Shown piece by piece: positions 40,086-49,527 of a stretch of 64,000 nucleotides of DNA; the first letter of the stretch is position 1; each line of letters begins with the position of its first letter. Under the pieces are notes generated by a model that saw only the letters and a list, made by a program, of their open reading frames with translations, was not told the origin of the DNA and searched no databases. Source of the stretch: Calditrichia bacterium (lineage in GTDB: Bacteria; Calditrichota; Calditrichia; RBG-13-44-9; J075); contig JBOEGD010000024.1 of the NCBI GenBank assembly GCA_050633245.1, positions 128,001-192,000 of the forward strand. The letters are read 5' to 3'. Position numbers and translations under genes: made by a program.

Positions 40086-40946
40086 ATGAAACACCAAAAT
40101 TCTGCCTTACTCATATCCCTTGTTCTTCTTCTCTCTATTTCACTCTTTGGGCAGCGTGGCGGTATTACCCGCAATCCTCTCGAAGTAGGTCTGGACTATA
40201 GCTACTTTGACTCTCAGGAAGATCAGCAGATTCTTGCTACTCTCGCGTTTAAGCGTGCCACCGGATTTATTCCCAAATTTTCTCCATATATCACCTCAGA
40301 ATTCCTGTCTCTTTCCGGCGGAATCAGAACGTATAGCGTTCAAGACTCAACTGAACTACGCTGGCGGGCCGTGCTGTATAATGGTGAGTTTGTTTTTCGA
40401 TCCTTTACTGTTGGTTTTACACTTGCCGATCTTGATGAGCGCGGTTTATTTCAGGAAGATTATCGCTGGGCGGCCATTCGGTTAGGCTTTGGCAAAGTGT
40501 TTGGCAATGGTTTTCTCAATATCTATCCGCAAATCAGCGGCTCGTTTGCCGGAGGTCAGTGGGTACTTGGTGAAATTGATCATCCCGAGCTCGGTGCTGC
40601 TGCCAATAATGAATTGTCTGGTCAGGAGGCGGGGTATCAGGGTTTGTTGGGAATTCGCCTTGCCAATAGATTTTTGGTAACGGCTCTCTATAATGAGCGT
40701 ATCTTAATCGATGGCCCGGAACCTAAGATTAAAACACTTAGTTTTGAACTGCGTTATCGCATTCCCCTGAGCAGTCGCCGCAATCAGCTTCAGCTCTTTG
40801 CCGGCTGGTCGCGCGAGGAAACGAGCTATTCTGCCAATGAACTTGAGCAGGAAATCAGCACGATTAAGGCTGGGCTGAGATTTGCTTTCCGTCGCGGTGC
40901 GCGTAAGCCGGGCAGCGGCTTTGGCGGCGATCCATTATTTGACTGA
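40086..40946 (+). CDS. Hypothetical exported, probable beta-barrel protein
   Basis: AAGGA RBS; signal peptide; alternating aromatic beta-strands. Confidence 0.6.
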   Translation: MKHQNSALLISLVLLLSISLFGQRGGITRNPLEVGLDYSYFDSQEDQQILATLAFKRATGFIPKFSPYITSEFLSLSGGIRTYSVQDSTELRWRAVLYNGEFVFRSFTVGFTLADLDERGLFQEDYRWAAIRLGFGKVFGNGFLNIYPQISGSFAGGQWVLGEIDHPELGAAANNELSGQEAGYQGLLGIRLANRFLVTALYNERILIDGPEPKIKTLSFELRYRIPLSSRRNQLQLFAGWSREETSYSANELEQEISTIKAGLRFAFRRGARKPGSGFGGDPLFD

Positions 40947-40955
40947 TCTATTAAA

Positions 40956-41012
40956 AGACCGGAGCAGTCTTCAATAAAAAGACTGGAGCAGTTTTGAAAA
41001 CTGCTCCAGTCT
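40956..41012. repeat. Second copy of the GGAGCAGTTTT palindrome with one degenerate upstream unit
   Basis: AGACCGGAGCAGTCTTCAATAAAA then AGACTGGAGCAGTTTT-G-AAAACTGCTCCAGTCT (40980-41012). Confidence 0.9.
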
Positions 41013-41130
41013 AGCGCTAAATCACCTCACGATAATTCCCCTGCCGAAATAATAGATTTGTAAAAAGAATCACAATCCTTTATTATGTAGGGTTATGAAT
41101 CGATTATTTTTATAAAAAGGATATCCTTCC

Positions 41131-43581
41131 ATGAGCTTACGTTACTGTCTGCCAGCTTTATGTATACTTTTTGCAGTCTCGGGCTTTCTTTTTGCCCAGG
41201 GGTCCGGATCGGCGAATGTGCCACTTCTCGCCAATGTAGATCAATATTCTTCTGTCGGATATAATGATGTTTGGGGCTACACCGCACCTGATGGCCGCGA
41301 ATATGCGCTATTGGGTGTTCAAAATGGCACCAGCGTTATCGATATTACCGATACCAATATCCCGAATGAGATTGGCTTTATTCCAAGTGCCACGAGCCTT
41401 TGGAAAGATATCAAGACGTATCAGCATTATGCCTATGTGGTTAATGAAAGCAATGGTGGAATGCAAATTTTGGATTTGTCTGACCTGCCGAACTCGGTTT
41501 CGCTTGCTGCAACCTATACCGGATTCAGTACTTCTCACAATATTTTTATCGACGTTCCCAACGGTATTCTCTACGCTGAAGGAAGCGGGGGAGTTGTTGT
41601 GCGCATTTTGGATCTGGTCGATCCGCTAAGTCCGGTAGAAATTGCAAGTCTTGGAATTGAGTGTCATGATATTATGGTTTGGGATGATCTTCTGGTCGTT
41701 TCCGAGGGTGGTTCCGGATCCTTTGGTTTTTGGGATGTAGCCAATCCGGCAAGCCCGGCCTTTATTACGCGGGTGAATGTGCCTGCTGCTGGTTATTGCC
41801 ATAATGCCTGGATTTCCGAAGATGGCAACTACATGATGACCACTGAAGAAACCACGGGTAAAACTGTGAAAACCTGGGATATTTCCGATCTTGGTAATAT
41901 CACACTCACCGACGAGAATCTTGGCTCATCCGGTTTGGCGCATAATGCGCATATCAAAGGCAAATTCTCATACGTCTCGCATTATGCCGACGGCATGGAA
42001 ATTTATGACTTTACTGATCCAACCAATGTGGTTCGCGCCGGTTTTTATGATACCTTTCCCGGCGGTGGCGGTGGATTTAGCGGAAGCTGGGGCGCCTATC
42101 CTTTCTTTCAATCAGGTAAAGTGCTGATCTCCGACCAGTCCACTGGTCTTTATGTTGTTTATTTTGCTGGAGCGGCCGATCTAAAGCCTGCTGACCCAAC
42201 CGGGTTTACTGCCTACAGCGACTACAATACCCCAAATGGAATGACGCTTGAATGGGAAAACCCAACAAAGCTCATTACCGGAGATACCCTGACAGAAGAA
42301 TCTTTTTCTACTATTATATTGCGTAATGATGTCGAAATTGGCAGCGTGGTCGGAACGGCAAATAGCTATACTGATACTGGATTGAATGATGGACAAAAAT
42401 ATAATTATCAGATTTTGGCTCGCGTCGATTCTACCGGCTTTGAGAGTGAAATGGTCTTCACCAGTTGGACGGCCGGCGGTGCCAAAGAGCCGCAGCCTGC
42501 CACCCAGTTTAGCATTGCGGGCAACCAAACGGAAATAACCGTTTCCTGGACCAGTCCGTCTGCAAATATCGATGGCACGCCGATGGATGATTATGCCGGT
42601 ATTAATCTCTATCAAAATGACAACCTGGTTGCCACCTTTGCCCGTACCTCTGGGGATACAGCATCATCCGATCAGGAAACCTATTCTATCCCGACACCAG
42701 GATATTATGGTTGGAAGATAACGGTGATTGACGATGAGTCGCCACAGAATGAAAGTGTCGCTACGGAACTGGTTACTACACCGCTGGGACTGCCAATTGC
42801 TGATGATTTCGCCGTTGCAGGGCCGGTAAACTCGGGTCTTTGGTTGCCTACTACAGCCGACATCAATGTACGCGCAGCAAACCCTCCCAGCGGTATAACG
42901 GCGCTTAATCTGAACGGTGCACCGCATGGTGGCGAGACAGTAGAGCTTCGCGGAATTGATCTCTCAGGATCAATAGATCCGGTTTTCTCTTATTACTATC
43001 AACCACAGGGAACCGGTAATGCTCCGGAAGAAGGCGATAGTCTGATGGTTTATTTTAAAAACAGCGTGGATGATTGGGTTAAGGTGCGCGCTTATCCCGG
43101 CACAACCTCCCAACCGTTTCAATATGAGCAGATTGCCATTGCTTCTGAGCCCAGTGGTAATGGCACCTTCTTGCATGGACAGTTTCAGGTGCGCTTCCGC
43201 AACATTGCAGGAGCATCTGCAGTGCCGAACGATGACTGGTTTATCGATAACGTGATTATATCAGAAGCCGCTCTTGGAATTGATGATGATTTAAGCGAAA
43301 TCACCAGCTTTAAACTGATTGGAAACTATCCGAATCCGTTTAACCCGTCCACAACGATTCGTTATTCGCTGGCGCAGCAAGGTAATGTAACTTTGACAGT
43401 GTTTAATACGCTGGGACAACAAGTTCGCACGCTAGTGAGCACCTCGCAAAATGTCGGTAGCCATGAAACGGTTTGGAATGGTCTTGATGATGCCGGCCAG
43501 CAGGTTGGCAGCGGTGTCTATTTCTATCGTCTTGAAGCTGATAACTTTGTGCAAAGCCGTAAAATGATGCTGTTGAAATAG
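41131..43581 (+). CDS. Choice-of-anchor B-like (LVIVD repeat) secreted protein with FnIII and YPNPFNP/FlgD domain, paralog 1
   Basis: YNDVWGYTAPDGREYALLG, WKDIK, SHNIFID, YCHNAW, AHN, WGAYPF; C-terminal NYPNPFNPSTTI...SGVYFYRL. Confidence 0.88.
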   Translation: MSLRYCLPALCILFAVSGFLFAQGSGSANVPLLANVDQYSSVGYNDVWGYTAPDGREYALLGVQNGTSVIDITDTNIPNEIGFIPSATSLWKDIKTYQHYAYVVNESNGGMQILDLSDLPNSVSLAATYTGFSTSHNIFIDVPNGILYAEGSGGVVVRILDLVDPLSPVEIASLGIECHDIMVWDDLLVVSEGGSGSFGFWDVANPASPAFITRVNVPAAGYCHNAWISEDGNYMMTTEETTGKTVKTWDISDLGNITLTDENLGSSGLAHNAHIKGKFSYVSHYADGMEIYDFTDPTNVVRAGFYDTFPGGGGGFSGSWGAYPFFQSGKVLISDQSTGLYVVYFAGAADLKPADPTGFTAYSDYNTPNGMTLEWENPTKLITGDTLTEESFSTIILRNDVEIGSVVGTANSYTDTGLNDGQKYNYQILARVDSTGFESEMVFTSWTAGGAKEPQPATQFSIAGNQTEITVSWTSPSANIDGTPMDDYAGINLYQNDNLVATFARTSGDTASSDQETYSIPTPGYYGWKITVIDDESPQNESVATELVTTPLGLPIADDFAVAGPVNSGLWLPTTADINVRAANPPSGITALNLNGAPHGGETVELRGIDLSGSIDPVFSYYYQPQGTGNAPEEGDSLMVYFKNSVDDWVKVRAYPGTTSQPFQYEQIAIASEPSGNGTFLHGQFQVRFRNIAGASAVPNDDWFIDNVIISEAALGIDDDLSEITSFKLIGNYPNPFNPSTTIRYSLAQQGNVTLTVFNTLGQQVRTLVSTSQNVGSHETVWNGLDDAGQQVGSGVYFYRLEADNFVQSRKMMLLK

Positions 43582-43585
43582 GGAA

Positions 43586-43614
43586 AAAGGAGCAGTTTTC
43601 AAAACTGCTCCTTT
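43586..43614. repeat. Third, shorter copy of the GGAGCAGTTTT palindrome, probably acting as terminator
   Basis: AAAGGAGCAGTTTT-C-AAAACTGCTCCTTT followed by a T tract. Confidence 0.85.
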
Positions 43615-43670
43615 CTTTTTATCCGTACCGCCCCTTATCTTTTTCTGAACACACACTCGGAGATTGCAGA

Positions 43671-46121
43671 ATGAAAACGACACGCACGTTGTTTTTTATC
43701 GCATTACTGATACTTGGTATTACACCCTTATTCTCGCAGGGATCCCCAAACGTTACATTGCTACAGCAGTTCAATCTGTATCCAAACAGCGGATATAGCG
43801 ACGTCTGGGGCTACACCGCGCCGGATGGCCGCGAATATGCCTTGCATGGTGTACGAACCGGAACCAGCATTATTGATATTTCCGATGATCAGGCCATGTA
43901 TGAAGTGACATTTATTCCAAACGCCACAAGCGATTGGAAAGATATTAAGGTTTATCAAGAGTATGCGTATGTGGTGAACGAGGAGACCGGTGGGATGGAG
44001 ATTATTGATCTGTCCAATTTGCCCAACTCTGCATCGGTCGTTGCAACCTACAATGGATTCAGCACATCGCATAACATTTTTATCGATGAGTCAAATGGAA
44101 TCCTCTATGCCGAAGGTGGAGGGGGAGGAGCGGTAAAGGTTCTCAGTTTGGCCAACCCGGAAAATCCGGTACAGATTGAAAGCTTTGCACCGGCCTGCCA
44201 CGATATCTTTGTTCAGGATAATATGATGGTCCTTTCAGAAGGAAATACCAATACCTTCAGCTTTTGGGATATGGCGAATCCGCTCGACCCGCAAGAGCTG
44301 CAGTCGTTAGTAGTTCCCAGCTCCGGGTATTGCCACAATGCCTGGTTGGATAAGTCTGGTGATTATCTGGTAACAACGGAAGAGACAACCGGGAACACCA
44401 TAAAGATTTGGGACGTCTCTGATTTAGGTAATATCACGCTGCTTGATGAGGTGCTCGGGCCAAATAATCTGGCTCACAATGCTTTTATTAAGGGTAGTTA
44501 TATTTATCTTTCTCACTATTCTGCCGGTCTGCGTATCTACGACATGACCGATCCATCAAACGTAACCGAGATCGGCTTTTATGATACCTATCCGAATAAT
44601 GGTGGTGGATTTAAAGGTGCCTGGGGGGCCTTCCCATTCTTCGCTTCGGGCAAGATTTTAATTAGCGATACTGAGAATGGCCTTTTTGTTGTTTACTTCG
44701 AGGGCGCAGTCGAAGGTGACCTACTGGATCCCGCTGCACCGCTAAACCTGTCCGCCTACAGCGATTACATAACTCCCGGAAGCGTGATGTTAGACTGGAA
44801 CGATCCCACCAGCCTGAATAATGGTAACCCGATAGACCCGACAGATTTCACAATCGACGTGCTACGCGATGGTAATTTTGTAAGCTCGGTTAACGGTGGT
44901 GTTGAAAACTACACCGACACTGGTGTCGCCGATGGCCAGAGCTACGTGTATTCAATTCTTGCGCGGGTCACTGCATCCGATAGCACCAGTCGAACGATAG
45001 CCACTACTGTTTACGCAGGTGGCGCGCCTGAACCCGCCGCCGCGAGCGTTATCGAACTGCAAGCCGGCTTCTTTCCCGGCGAGTTGGAGATGAGCTGGCA
45101 AAATTCTGCTGTGAATATTGATGGCACACCGATGGATGATTTTGCGGCAATAAATGTCTACGAAGACGGCACATTGCTGACCACCTTTAGCCGTTCAAGT
45201 GCCGATACCGGTGCAACAGACTCGGCCAGTTTCGCCGTCTCACCCGGAACACATAGCTACTACATTACGGTGCTGGATAATGAGACGCCACAAAATGAAA
45301 GTGTCGCCAGTAATCTTGTCACCTCGCCACTTGCCCTTCCATTCAATGATACTTTTGAGGGAGGTTTAAATACCAGCTTTTATGACAATCAGGGTGCAGA
45401 AGTAAATAACCTTGCATTAAACCCGCCTTCCGGAACGCTGGCGTTGAACTTAAACGGCACTGGTGGTGGTGATGTTATTGCCCTTCGTCCAGTAGATCTG
45501 AGTGGCGCTGAAGGCCAGGGATATTTAATTGAATTCTGGTATCAGCCGCAGGGAACGGGCGACGATCCTGAGTGGGATGAATATCTGCTGTTGGAATGCC
45601 GGAACGATGCCGGAAACTGGATTCCTGTTTATCAACGAACTGGGGAAGAGGTGAAACCGTTTGAGAAGGTTACTTTACAGATTGATAATTTACCCAACTC
45701 CGGCGGCACTCTATTTTATACCGATTTTCAAGTGCGTTTTCGTTCATTTAGTCTGAATCCGGGTGAAGTTGACGACTGGTTTATAGATGATTTTTATGTT
45801 GGTCCGAGCTTGACAGTAGGTGTTGAGCCAGATCTTCAACCACTAAAGTTTGAGCTTCTGGCAAACTACCCGAACCCGTTTAATCCGACTACGTCTATTC
45901 CTTATCGCGTGGCGGAAGCTGGTAAAGTAACGCTGATCATTTACAACTCGTTGGGACAGCACGTTCGGACGCTGGTGAATGCTACTCAGCAAAGCGGTTC
46001 ATATTCTGCCGTCTGGGATGGCCGTGATGACAGCGGTGAAGAAGTGGTAAGTGGAATCTATCTCTATCGCCTGCAGGAAAACTCCCAATCCCGCACTCGC
46101 AAGATGGTACTGCTGAAATAG
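43671..46121 (+). CDS. Choice-of-anchor B-like secreted protein, paralog 2
   Basis: Same motif order as 41131-43581 (YSDVWGYTAPDGREYA, SHNIFID, YCHNAW, NIDGTPMDD, YQPQGTG, DDWFID, NYPNPFNP). Confidence 0.88.
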   Translation: MKTTRTLFFIALLILGITPLFSQGSPNVTLLQQFNLYPNSGYSDVWGYTAPDGREYALHGVRTGTSIIDISDDQAMYEVTFIPNATSDWKDIKVYQEYAYVVNEETGGMEIIDLSNLPNSASVVATYNGFSTSHNIFIDESNGILYAEGGGGGAVKVLSLANPENPVQIESFAPACHDIFVQDNMMVLSEGNTNTFSFWDMANPLDPQELQSLVVPSSGYCHNAWLDKSGDYLVTTEETTGNTIKIWDVSDLGNITLLDEVLGPNNLAHNAFIKGSYIYLSHYSAGLRIYDMTDPSNVTEIGFYDTYPNNGGGFKGAWGAFPFFASGKILISDTENGLFVVYFEGAVEGDLLDPAAPLNLSAYSDYITPGSVMLDWNDPTSLNNGNPIDPTDFTIDVLRDGNFVSSVNGGVENYTDTGVADGQSYVYSILARVTASDSTSRTIATTVYAGGAPEPAAASVIELQAGFFPGELEMSWQNSAVNIDGTPMDDFAAINVYEDGTLLTTFSRSSADTGATDSASFAVSPGTHSYYITVLDNETPQNESVASNLVTSPLALPFNDTFEGGLNTSFYDNQGAEVNNLALNPPSGTLALNLNGTGGGDVIALRPVDLSGAEGQGYLIEFWYQPQGTGDDPEWDEYLLLECRNDAGNWIPVYQRTGEEVKPFEKVTLQIDNLPNSGGTLFYTDFQVRFRSFSLNPGEVDDWFIDDFYVGPSLTVGVEPDLQPLKFELLANYPNPFNPTTSIPYRVAEAGKVTLIIYNSLGQHVRTLVNATQQSGSYSAVWDGRDDSGEEVVSGIYLYRLQENSQSRTRKMVLLK

Positions 46122-46122
46122 T

Positions 46123-47001
46123 ATGAAGTGTATTCTTTTGTTCTCAGACAAGTCTTCCGGCTCCAGCGCTTTGCAAAGAGCGCTGGTTAAACATCCCGAC
46201 TTAAACACCGTTAAAAAAACGCGTCATTTTTACTCCGAAACCTTGTATTGGAATAAAGCTGTAGCTGTTCTTGGACTCGACCAGGCCGAGATGGAATATA
46301 GTGAACTTCCGATGGCGCGAAAAAAAGCAAGAGAAGATATTGTTGCACTTTTAAATGACAACCTACCTGTTTACGAAACACCTTCAGACGATCAGGTATT
46401 AATTCTTGACGGTTGGCAAAAGCTATGTGAACAGTTTGCGCCCATATTTTTTGAGAAATCACCACACCATCTGCACTATCGGTCGGGGCTCGACCTCATT
46501 CTGAAGTTCGACCAGCAGCATCCCGACATAGAGTTTCGCTATATTGGATTGGTACGCAATCCTATTGATGCACTATACTCAATGTGGCAGCGCTGGTCTG
46601 CAGTCCCGGAGCGCCGGCAATTTGAATGGTTACGCGCGCATCAAAATTTGCAGTATTTAGGCGAAAGAGCAGGAGAGAAGCTGTTAACCATTCGCTATGA
46701 AGATATTACTGCCGGGCCTGAAAGTATGAAGCAAATTTGTAAGTTTATAGGTGTCGAGTGGTCCCCGGAAATAGGTTCTGACCTTCATCGCAAATCTGTG
46801 CAAAAATGGCGAAGTGATAAGACTTTCGGCTTCCAACCGGATGATGACGTACTGGCAATGGCAAGGTCTCTTGGCTATCGCGAGGCTGAAATGAAAACGA
46901 CCCATTCATTTATATGGCCAATTATTCGTAACTTAAACGAGTTGAATTTTCGTTTTGCCAGCGGGTTTAAGCAAATCAAGCAGCAGATTCGCGGTCGTTG
47001 A
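46123..47001 (+). CDS. Sulfotransferase family protein
   Basis: PAPS-loop-like KSSGSSAL, EKSPHH, LVRNPID, IRYEDI, SVQKWR. Confidence 0.8.
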   Translation: MKCILLFSDKSSGSSALQRALVKHPDLNTVKKTRHFYSETLYWNKAVAVLGLDQAEMEYSELPMARKKAREDIVALLNDNLPVYETPSDDQVLILDGWQKLCEQFAPIFFEKSPHHLHYRSGLDLILKFDQQHPDIEFRYIGLVRNPIDALYSMWQRWSAVPERRQFEWLRAHQNLQYLGERAGEKLLTIRYEDITAGPESMKQICKFIGVEWSPEIGSDLHRKSVQKWRSDKTFGFQPDDDVLAMARSLGYREAEMKTTHSFIWPIIRNLNELNFRFASGFKQIKQQIRGR

Positions 47002-47130
47002 GCAGCAAGAATAAAGGGACAAGCTACGCGTGAACAAGAATTGCTTGCAGCATTAGATAAAACACTAGACAATTTAAATAAGTCCAAATAGATTGAAACT
47101 TGGCTGCTGAATAAAGATACAGGTGTAACT

Positions 47131-48675
47131 ATGCGTGCTTTTAAAACATTTTTGATTGTCAAACTCCTGATAGTCTCTCTGGGGCTTTCAACAGCCCTCT
47201 ACTCGCAAGATGTCGAATTGGACTCTCTGGATGCCTATATCAGTCGCAGCATGCAGGAATGGCAGGTTCCCGGTGTTGCCGTAGCGATTATTCATAAGGA
47301 TACCCTGCGCTTTGCCAAAGGTTTTGGTATTAGAGCGATTGGCAAAAAGGGTGACGTGAATGATCATACGCTCTTTGCTGTGGCATCAAATAGCAAGGCA
47401 TTTACCGCCACGCTGCTGGGAATGCTCGTCGACCAGGGACGATTGCGCTGGGATGATCGAGTTGTGGATTATCTGCCAGACTTCCAGCTTTATGATTCCT
47501 ATGTTTCCCGGGAAATTCGCATTGCCGATCTGCTGTCCCATCGTGGCGGACTACCGGTATTTGGCGGAGATCATCTGTGGATAGGCGCTCCAAAGAATAC
47601 GCGTGAAGACATTGTTCGCCGTATGCGCTATCTCGAACCGACTGCTCCTTTTCGCATGCGTTATCAATACAACAATCTGATGTTCCTGGTTGCCGGACAA
47701 GTTTACACGGCGATCACCGGAGACAACTGGGAAGATGCTGTAGAAGCAAAGATTTTTGAGCCAATTGGTATGACGGAAAGCAAAACGAACGTCATGACTA
47801 TTCAGGATTATCCAAATATGGCTCGCCCGCATGAGAAAGTGCAGGATAAAGTTCAAATGGTCGCATTCGACGATGTCGATAATGTGGCACCTGCTGCTGC
47901 TGTGGTTTCCAATGTACTGGATATGGTTGAGTGGATGCGGTTTAACATGAACGGTGGCATGGTTGGGGAAACCCGTCTGGTCAGTGAAAAAGTGATGCGA
48001 CAAATGCATGCAATGCACACGCCGATTCCGGTATCTAAATCGCTGGAAGAATTGCTTGGAACACAGTTTCTGGGATATGGACTCGGCTGGGTTGTTGCCG
48101 ATTACAAGGGACGAAAAACCATGGGGCATAGCGGTGGCCTGTCTGGAATGATTTCTCTTCAAACAATGATTCCTTCTGAGCAGCTTGGTGTGATTGTTTT
48201 AACGAATTATGCACCGGGTAGACTTATTCGGGCAATAACCTACAGGATTCTCGATGCCTATCTTGGTGTGAAGGATGAAACGGACTGGAGTCGCGTTTAT
48301 CTCGAGCGTAAGCAAAAGTCCGAGGAGACTCGGATGGAACGGGAGAAGGATTTGCAGCGTAAGAGGATCAAGAAAACGAAGCCGTCTCTAAAGGCGAAAG
48401 ATTATTTTGGAGTGTATTCATCCTCACTGTCCGGTGATGCTTCGATTCGATCTATGGACGGCAAGCTATGGTTCTATTACAACGAGCGACATACCGGCTG
48501 GCTGGAACATTGGCATCATGACGTCTATCGTGTTCACTGGCAGAATCCAATCTTTGATATGCCAAATAAAAGTTTTCTGCAGTTTTTTCTGAATACTGAA
48601 GGACGTGTTAGTCATTTGGAAGTGACTTTTTATGATCCACAAACGTTTTACTATAAAACGGCTACAGAAGAATAG
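47131..48675 (+). CDS. Serine hydrolase (beta-lactamase/class C-like) with DUF3471-like C-terminus
   Basis: SNSK (SxxK), YNN (YxN), HSG; DLLSHRGG; signal peptide. Confidence 0.9.
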   Translation: MRAFKTFLIVKLLIVSLGLSTALYSQDVELDSLDAYISRSMQEWQVPGVAVAIIHKDTLRFAKGFGIRAIGKKGDVNDHTLFAVASNSKAFTATLLGMLVDQGRLRWDDRVVDYLPDFQLYDSYVSREIRIADLLSHRGGLPVFGGDHLWIGAPKNTREDIVRRMRYLEPTAPFRMRYQYNNLMFLVAGQVYTAITGDNWEDAVEAKIFEPIGMTESKTNVMTIQDYPNMARPHEKVQDKVQMVAFDDVDNVAPAAAVVSNVLDMVEWMRFNMNGGMVGETRLVSEKVMRQMHAMHTPIPVSKSLEELLGTQFLGYGLGWVVADYKGRKTMGHSGGLSGMISLQTMIPSEQLGVIVLTNYAPGRLIRAITYRILDAYLGVKDETDWSRVYLERKQKSEETRMEREKDLQRKRIKKTKPSLKAKDYFGVYSSSLSGDASIRSMDGKLWFYYNERHTGWLEHWHHDVYRVHWQNPIFDMPNKSFLQFFLNTEGRVSHLEVTFYDPQTFYYKTATEE

Positions 48676-48687
48676 AAAGTCAGGAGT

Positions 48688-48764
48688 CAATGTCCAATGT
48701 CCAATGTCCAATGTCCAATGGTCAATTGTCAATTGTCAATTCATTCATCAATCATCCATCATAA
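48688..48764. repeat. Drifting heptamer tandem repeat
   Basis: CAATGTC x4, CAATGGT, CAATTGT x2, CAATTCA, then (T/A)TCAT-- units in the same 7-bp phase. Confidence 0.85.
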
Positions 48765-48774
48765 ATAGAGTCCT

Positions 48775-49398
48775 ATGATCCACGTATCGATAATTGAAGA
48801 CGACGATGATATTCGTGACAGCCTGGCGATTATCATAAATGGCGCACCGGACTACTGCTGCTCGGGAAGCTATAGCAATGCGGAGTCTGCTCTGGAAAGT
48901 ATGGTTGAACTTCAACCGGATGTCGTACTGATGGATATTGAGCTGCCGGGAATGAATGGTATTGAGTGCGTAAAAATTTTGCGCGAACGAGCCCCGGATT
49001 CTGATATTCTGATGCTCACGGTTCACGAAGATGATGATGTAGTCTTTGAAAGTTTATGTGCCGGTGCCTGTGGTTATCTTACTAAAAATACACCGCCGGT
49101 AAAATTGCTGGAAGCCATTCGCGAAGTGTATGAAGGTGGCGCCCCGATGAGCACCAATATTGCCCGCATGGTTATCAGCTCGTTTAAAAAAGACGTTGGT
49201 CATGGTCTCAGTGAACGCGAACGCGAAGTGTTAGCACTTCTTTGTAAAGGTAAGAGCTATAAAATGATTGCTGATGATCTCTGCATTTCCTCCAATACCG
49301 TGCGCTCGCACATCAAGAGTATCTATAGAAAGCTGGAAGTTACGTCCAGTTCCCAAGCTGTTGCTCGGGCCATCCGAGACAATCTTATTCGTCCCTAA
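48775..49398 (+). CDS. NarL/LuxR-family response regulator
   Basis: IIEDD, PDVVLMDIELPG, GACGYLTK, LSEREREVL...GKSYKMIA...TVRSHIKSIYRKL. Confidence 0.95.
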   Translation: MIHVSIIEDDDDIRDSLAIIINGAPDYCCSGSYSNAESALESMVELQPDVVLMDIELPGMNGIECVKILRERAPDSDILMLTVHEDDDVVFESLCAGACGYLTKNTPPVKLLEAIREVYEGGAPMSTNIARMVISSFKKDVGHGLSEREREVLALLCKGKSYKMIADDLCISSNTVRSHIKSIYRKLEVTSSSQAVARAIRDNLIRP

Positions 49399-49423
49399 GC
49401 CGTCATTTACACTTCTTCCTTTT

Positions 49424-49470
49424 TTCACATGATTGGGTTATAGAAGTTCCCTCCAGCTTGAGCTAACTTT
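49424..49470 (+). promoter_or_regulatory. Shared upstream box plus TAnnTTT element (copy 2)
   Basis: TTCACATGATTGGGTTATAG; TAACTTT at 49464, 39 bp after T49425. Confidence 0.6.
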
Positions 49471-49500
49471 TCAATGTTCAAAGTTCAAAGTTCAAAGTTC
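49470..49500. repeat. Short heptamer tandem repeat
   Basis: TTCAATG TTCAAAG x3 TTC. Confidence 0.75.
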
Positions 49501-49527
49501 TGACTTCTTTAAACCGGAGGGATTTCC

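Noticed and set aside
46999-47091. Possible TGA read-through of the sulfotransferase (frame stays open 29 codons: AARIKGQATREQELLAALDKTLDNLNKSK)
   Set aside because: No Cys-motif context, no SECIS-like hairpin seen, and the domain is already complete; a run of this length can occur by chance.
47551-48162. 203-aa antisense ORF and the many other short antisense or nested ORFs in the track
   Set aside because: They shadow well-supported genes and have no recognisable motifs.
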